Source of the DNA: Eledone cirrhosa
Lineage: Eukaryota
Direction: 5' to 3'
DNA: 64,000 nucleotides
Assembly: GCA_964016885.1 (NCBI GenBank)
Contig: OZ024743.1
Span: 282,596,001 to 282,660,000, forward strand
The position numbers and the translations under genes are program-made. Of the stretch, positions 56,510 through 64,000 are shown piece after piece (the stretch's first letter is position 1; each line of letters begins with the position of its first letter). The notes beneath the pieces were generated by a model that saw only the letters and a list, made by a program, of their open reading frames with translations, was not told the origin of the DNA and made no database searches.

Positions 56510-57340
56510 TGGGGCTTAATTTACAGGTTATTCATTTCTTATCTATACAGGGGGGTCTTTGAAAGACCCCCCCTGCAAAGATAAGAAATGTATAACCTGT
56601 AAATTAAGCCCTCATATTAACTGTAAAACTAGAAATGTAGTATATAGCATAAGATGTACTGAAGGACAATGTAGAGACAAAAATATAGTGTACATAGGTG
56701 AGACAGCTCGTAGTGTAAGGGAACGGATAAATGAACACTGGCGAGACCTTGAAGATAGTAAAGAATCATCTGTACTCTACCAACATGCTAAAATAGAACA
56801 TAAAGGTAAATTAGAGAACATAGAACTAGAATCTACACACAGAAAAGACGCAATGTTTAGACAAATTACAAAGGCAATAAACATAAAAGAATTACAACCA
56901 AAATTAAATAGAAAACATGAGTGGAACAGCAACATCACAACTTACAATTAAGGACAAAATGAAAACACACATGCACATAGAACAAACAACCAACCTTAAA
57001 CATGTAAATAAACAAATAAATAAACGAATATAAACACACACAGACACCCGGATGTGGGGCATGCGCAGACTGAGCACGCAACACACACTCAGAAACAAGA
57101 TGGCGTAGGACAGAACAAAGGAGAGTCACAAAAACAAAGAAAAGAATCCCCAGTCACTGAAGAGGTCACAGAATGTGTGACGAAAGAACCTCGACAATAT
57201 ATAAACAACCATCTGGTTGTGGAACCAACCAACCGGAAATTTATGAATTCCTAAATTTATAAATTTATTATAATAAATTGACGTGAAAACAACTGGTGCG
57301 TGTGTTTCTTATTGGCAACATGACCCTCCCAAAGTATAAC
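56510..57340 (+). mobile_element. Penelope-like element 3' fragment (GIY-YIG endonuclease plus downstream pLTR-like region)
   Basis: ORF 56559..56951: Cys motif, NVVYSIRC...VYIGETARSVRERINEH, LYQH..H, PKLN. Confidence 0.9.
57153..57195 (+). ncRNA. Candidate minimal type I hammerhead ribozyme
   Basis: gtca CTGAAGA g GTCACA gaatg TGTGAC GAAA gaacCTC gac: core boxes plus a perfect 6-bp stem II, lying downstream of a PLE ORF. Confidence 0.65.
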
Positions 57341-57419
57341 AATACTATATATAAATATATATATATATATAATATAATATATATATAATATATATAATAT
57401 ATATATAATATATATATAT

Positions 57420-57452
<33 letters not shown>

Positions 57453-57530
57453 ATATAATATATATATATATATATAATATAATATATATATATATATATA
57501 ATATAATATATATATATATATATATATATA

Positions 57531-57569
<39 letters not shown>

Positions 57570-58240
57570 TAATATAATATACTATATATATATATACTAT
57601 AATATACTATATATATATATACTATAATATACTATATATATATACTATAATATACTATATATATATACTATAATATACTATATATATATATACTATAATA
57701 TACTATATATATATACTATAATATACTATATATATATACTATAATATACTATATATATATACTATAATATACTATATATATATACTATAATATACTATAT
57801 ATATATATAATATACTATATATATATATATATAATATGGTATATATATATATATAATATACTATATATATATATATAATATAGTATATATATATATATAT
57901 ATATAATATACTATATATATATATATAATATACTATATATATATATATAATATACTATATATATATATATAATATAGTATATATATATATATATATATAA
58001 TATACTATATATATATATATATAATATACTATATATATATATATATAATATACTATATATATATATACTATATATATATATATATATATATAATTGTTTC
58101 TACCTTTGGCACAAGGCAGCAATTACCCAGTACATTACTGGTACTTTATTTTATCGACCCCGCAAGGATGAAAGGCAAAGTCAACCTCGGCGGGATACTA
58201 TATATATATATATAATATACTATATATATATATAATATAC

Positions 58241-58271
<31 letters not shown>

Positions 58272-58342
58272 CTATATATATATATATATAATATACTATA
58301 TATAAATATATATAATATACTATATATATAATATATATATAT

Positions 58343-58450
58343 ACAGTCCTATGCGAGCAAGACAATCACTCTTGCCTCAAGTGGGACTACCCCCGTCCAA
58401 ACCCATGCAAGCGTGGAACACGGACGTTAAACGTTGATGATGATGATGAT
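58343..58450 (+). mobile_element. RTE LINE extreme 3' tail fragment
   Basis: acagtcctatgcgagcaagac...ggacgttaaacgttgatgatgat is near-identical to 48303-48405. Confidence 0.93.
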
Positions 58451-59152
58451 ATAATATACTATATATATATATAATATACTATATATATATATAATATACT
58501 ATATATATATATAATATACTATATATATATATATATAATATAATATAATATACTATATATATATATATAATATACCATATATATATATATATAATATACC
58601 ATATATATATATATAATATACCATATATATATATATAATATACCATATATATATATATAATATATTATATATATATATATATAATATACCATATATATAT
58701 ATATAATATACTATATATATATATAATATACTATATATATATATAATATACTATATATATATATATAATATACTATATATATATATATAATATACTATAT
58801 ATATATATAATATACTATATATATATATATAATATACTATATATATATATATAATATACTATATATATATATATAATATACTATATATATATATATATAT
58901 AATATACTATATATATATAATATATTATATATATATAATATATTATATATATATATATATATAATATATTATATATATAATATACTATATATATATATAT
59001 ATATAATATACTATATATATAATATACTATATATATATATATATATATAATATACTATATATATATAATATATTATATATATATATATATATAATATATT
59101 ATATATATATATATATAATATACTATATATATATATATATAATATATTATAT

Positions 59153-59194
<42 letters not shown>

Positions 59195-59989
59195 TATATA
59201 TATATATATAATATATTATATATATATATATAATATACTATATATATATATAATATACTATATATATATATATAATATACTATATATATATATATATATA
59301 ATATACTATATATATATATATAATATATTATATATAATATACTATATATATATATATATATATAATATACTATATATATATATAATATACTATATATATA
59401 TATATATATATAATATATTATATATATATATATATATAATATACTATATATATATATATATATAATATATTATATATATATATATATATAATATACTATA
59501 TATATATATATATATAATATATTATATATATATATAATATATATATATAATATATATTATATATATATATATATATAATATATTATATATAATATATATA
59601 TATATATAATATACTATATATATATATATATATAATATACTATATATATATATATATATAATATACTATATATATATATATATATAATATACTATATATA
59701 TATATATATATATAATATACTATATATATATATATATATATATAATATACTATATATATATATATATATATAATATACTATATATATATATATATATATA
59801 ATATACTATATATATATATATATAATATACTATATATATATATATATACAATATACTATACATATATATATATATAATATACTATATATATATATATATA
59901 TAATATACTATATATATATATATATATATAATATACTATATATATATATATATATAATATACCATATATATATATATATATATAATATA

Positions 59990-60025
<36 letters not shown>

Positions 60026-60532
60026 CCATATATATATATATATATATAATATACTATATATATATATATATATAAAATACTATATATATATATATATATA
60101 ATATACCATATATATATATATATATATAATATACCATATATATATATATATATAATATACTATATATATATATATATAATATACTATATATATATATATA
60201 TATATAATATACTATATATATATATATAATATACTATATATATATATATAATATACTATATATATATATATAATATACTATATATATATATATATACTAT
60301 ACTATATATATATATATATATACTATACTATATATATATATATATATATACTATACTATATATAATATACTATATATATATATATATATATATAATATAC
60401 TATATATATATATATATATAATATACTATATATATATATATATATATAATATACTATATATATATATATATATATAATATACTATATATATATATATATA
60501 TAATATACTATATATATATATATATAATATAC

Positions 60533-60563
<31 letters not shown>

Positions 60564-60641
60564 CTATATATATGTATATATATAATATACTATATATATA
60601 TAATATACTATAAATATATATATATATATATAATATACTAT

Positions 60642-61003
60642 GCCAGTAGGCATCTCTAACAAAATACACCCCCGTCCCACCACCACCACCCCATCCACAC
60701 CACCCCGTTCTATGTAAAGTTATGTTGGTGCCGCGCCATCCAGGCCGAAACAAATGAGATCGTGTAGGTGTCACGACAAAAAAACACACAGTCCACGCTG
60801 TAATGTGACCGTGTAGGCAACACGGTAAAAACCTCCCAGACCCACACTGTAAATGTGGTTGGTGTTAGGAAGGGCATCCAACTGTAGAAAACCTGCCAGA
60901 CAGTCCTATGCGAGCAAGACAATCACTCTTGCCTCAAGTGGGACTACCCCCGTCCAAACCCATGCAAGCGTGGAACACGGACGTTAAACGTTGATGATGA
61001 TGA
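60642..61003 (+). mobile_element. RTE LINE isolated 3' UTR plus tail
   Basis: Matches the 3' UTR of the other copies, with a single UTR unit. Confidence 0.93.
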
Positions 61004-61080
61004 TATATATAGTATATTATATTATATTATATATATATAGTATAGTATATTATATTATATATAATATACTATACTATATA

Positions 61081-62220
61081 TGTATTTTGTTAGAGATGCC
61101 TACTGGCTGGAGTAGGTTTTACTATATATTTAGGTAAGGCGGGTCTTCTCTGTTACTGAGTACCGCCAAAGGTCTCGGTCCAGTGACATTGTCTTGGAGA
61201 GGTGTAAGTGTCTGATGTCGGAGTTTATCAGCTCGTCCCAGGTTTTTCTAGGTCTGCCTATTCCGTGACTACCGTCTATCTTTATTGCCCTGCACTTTGT
61301 TATACAGCTATCGACTTTCATGCGCATCACGTGTCCATACCAACGTAGCCTTCTCTCGAGTAAACAACATCTGATCCCTCTTATCTTTAATTTTTTCCTT
61401 AGTTCGTTTATGCTTTGCCGTTCATGTATATTACTGTTACACATCCAGCGGAGCATGCAAGCTTCGTTCCTCTCTAGTCTGCGTATATCCTCTGCACACA
61501 ATGCCCAGGTCTCACTGCCATGCAACATTGCTGTTCGTATGCAGGCATCGTACAACCTGCCTTTCATTTTTAGGGAGAACCCTTTAGCAGCTAATAGTGG
61601 TATAAGCTCTCTGAACTTTTTCCAACCAGTTCTGACTCTAGCTACAGTACTTTCAGAGCACCCTCCCCCACTGCTGATTTTATCACCCAGGTAACGGAAG
61701 CTGTCCACTATTTCTATAGAACCCTCTGCGAAATTGAAAGAGCTAGTATTTTGTGGGCACTTGCTGCTACTTATTGCACCAGAACACCGGCCACATGTAA
61801 AATCTATGTTCTTAGTTAGCTTACCTGTGATCCCACTACATCTTTTATGCACCCATACTTTGCATTTAGGACATAAAATGGAGTTTCTACCTACGCCTTT
61901 CCTACACACCGAGCACGACCATTTCCCAGAAGGGACCGCCGCCTTGTTTTCTTTCCTACAAACTAGAACTTTGGTCTTAGCCAGGTTAATTTTAAGTCCT
62001 TTTGACTCTAGGCCGTGCTTCCATGTTTGGAATTTCTTCTCTAGCTCGGCCATTGATTCCGCTATGAGTGTCAGGTCGTCTGCGTATAGGAGTTCCCATG
62101 GGCAGCCTGTCTTGAACTCCTCCGTTATAGCCTGAAGGGCAATAATAAATAGTAGGGGGCTGAGAACAGAGCCCTGATGGACGCCAACTTTTACGCTAAA
62201 CTCTTCACTATATTCGTTAT
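61081..62220 (-). mobile_element. RTE LINE C-terminal ORF portion lacking most of the 3' UTR
   Basis: Intact 307-aa ORF 61130..62053, preceded by GVHQGSVLSP and LYADD motifs. Confidence 0.96.
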
Positions 62221-62576
62221 ATATATTATATACATTATATATATATATTGTATATATATATATATTGTATATATATATATATTGTATATATATATATATA
62301 TTATATATATATTATATATATTGTATATATATTGTATATATATTATATATATATTATATATATATTATATATATATATTATATATATATTATATATATAT
62401 ATTATATATATATATTATATATATATTATATATATATTATATATATATATTATATATATATTATATATATATATTATATATATATTATATATATATATTA
62501 TATATATATATTATATATATATTATATATATATATTATATATATATATTATATATATATTATATATATATATATAA

Positions 62577-64000
62577 TAAGATAAGATAATAGACGTAAAT
62601 AGAGTGAACGACAGAATAATTAAAATAAGACTTGTCCTCAATAAAACTACGGTGACAGTAATATCTGCGTACGCACCCCAATCCGGACTGCCCGGCGCTA
62701 TAAAAGACAGATTCTATGAGACACTGATGCTCGCTACCTCCCAAATAACCGACAGTGACTATATAATTATTGCAGGCGACCTAAATGGTCACGTTGGACA
62801 ACATTGTGACGGCTATGACGGAATCCATGGAGGCTATGGGTTCGGTACTAGAAATGAGGAAGGCTCCAGAATCCTGGAATTCTGTGACGCAAATAACTTA
62901 ACTATCTGTAACACTAACTTCAAAAAACGAGACAATCACTTGATCACCTATAGATCGGGGGAACACACAAGCCAGGTAGATTATATCCTTACCAGAAGAC
63001 GTGACAGAGTGTCTGTTGTTAACACTAAATCCCTCCCCCATGAAGAATTCACCTCCCAACATAGACTGATAATTAGCGACCTCATAGTCAGGACGAGACA
63101 TACTAGACAGCGGAAGAGGACTATCCTCAGGAGAAAAATATGGAAGCTAAAGGACCCCATAGCCAGAAATAAATTTCAAAGCATATTACTTGATGCTTTC
63201 GACAGTAAGGAAGAGCAATTAGAGTCGTATAATATAGAGGAACAGTGGGAATTCCTGAAAGCAAACCTGCTGACGGCGGCAGACAAAGTCTGTGGCTGGA
63301 GCAGGCCTGTAGGTAGGAGGAGAGTAACATGGTGGTGGAACAGTAAGGTGGAGGAGTTAATTAAGGCCAAAAAGCAGGCTTGGAAAGTATGGCGGGATGG
63401 GGGAAGTAGAGAAGACTATCAAGTGGCCAGGAGGGAAGCTAGGAAACAAGTGTACTTCGCACGAAGGGAAGCAGAGGAAAGAAAGTTCAAGCATGTTCTA
63501 CAACGTGAGGACCAAAAACGTGAGGTGTTCAGGATTGCTAGGCAATGTGTCAAGGAAAACCGTGATATTGTCGGGGAGAAGTGTGTACTTAACGATGATG
63601 GCATACTTGCCATCACCGACGCTGATAAGAAGGTAGCTTGGAAGTGTCACTACGAAAGGCTTCTAAATGAGGAGAATAAATGGGAGAAAGACAGTCTCCC
63701 CCACATCGACCCAATAGAGGGACCAGCAGTGTTAGTCGAGGGTAGTACAATAAGTAAGGCAATCAAAGAGATGAAGACGGGTAAGGCGGCTGGGCGTTCG
63801 GAAATAGTTGCTGAGATGCTGAATGCATCTGGTTCGGTGGGACACACCATGGTCACCCGGATAGTTAACCAAGTCGTACAGAATGGGGTTGTTCCGAAGG
63901 AGTGGTGTAGCAGCATCATCGTTAACTGCTATAAGGGAAAAGGAGAAACTATAGAGGCATTAAATTAATCAACCAGGTCATGAAGGTCACGGAAAAAGTA
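62577..64000 (+). mobile_element. RTE LINE endonuclease to pre-RT portion, running off the window
   Basis: 454-aa ORF 62604..63968 with SAYAP, IAGDLNGHVG, QVDYIL and QHRL APE motifs. A small deletion causes a frameshift near 63946. Confidence 0.97.

Larger units (their letters stand above)
47095..62577. repeat. Large interrupted AT satellite: (TA)n, (TATAA)n, (TA)n-TAATATAC variants
   Basis: Multi-kb blocks at about 48405-50210, 51540-52230, 54615-56510, 57340-60640 and 62220-62577. Source of the YI-rich spurious ORFs. Confidence 0.98.

Noticed and set aside
62604-63968. 454-aa ORF as a host gene or active LINE
   Set aside because: RTE ORF truncated at the 5' end by satellite and frameshifted near 63946.

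Overview
Eukaryotic, very AT-rich, microsatellite-laden DNA. The SINE/RTE/Penelope repertoire points to an octopus or other coleoid cephalopod (inference). No prokaryotic genes, CRISPR arrays or rRNA/tRNA genes were found. The only host gene I can support is the middle of a minus-strand Lasp/nebulin-family gene, mostly invisible in the ORF track because it is split into small exons. In transcript order it has seven phase-0 single-nebulin-repeat exons of 105/108 nt (37400-24873), a 175-nt Lasp-type repeat exon (20816-20642), a 207-nt Pro-rich linker exon (16544-16338) and candidate 36-, 48- and 12-nt mini/micro-exons (11947-9361), all joining in one open frame. The LIM and SH3 exons were not found and probably lie outside the window. 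The repeat array shows a recent unequal-crossover duplication that produced a chimeric exon. Its introns carry weak donors and Rbfox/QKI/Nova-type motifs. Other intronic content includes a deleted DD37D (maT) transposon, MITEs, a 364-bp foldback element, SINEs and two Penelope-like GIY-YIG fragments with hammerhead-like motifs. From about 47 kb onward, a (TA/TATAA/TACTA)n array encloses many near-identical RTE LINE fragments in both orientations. All exon calls were made by eye without transcript data.
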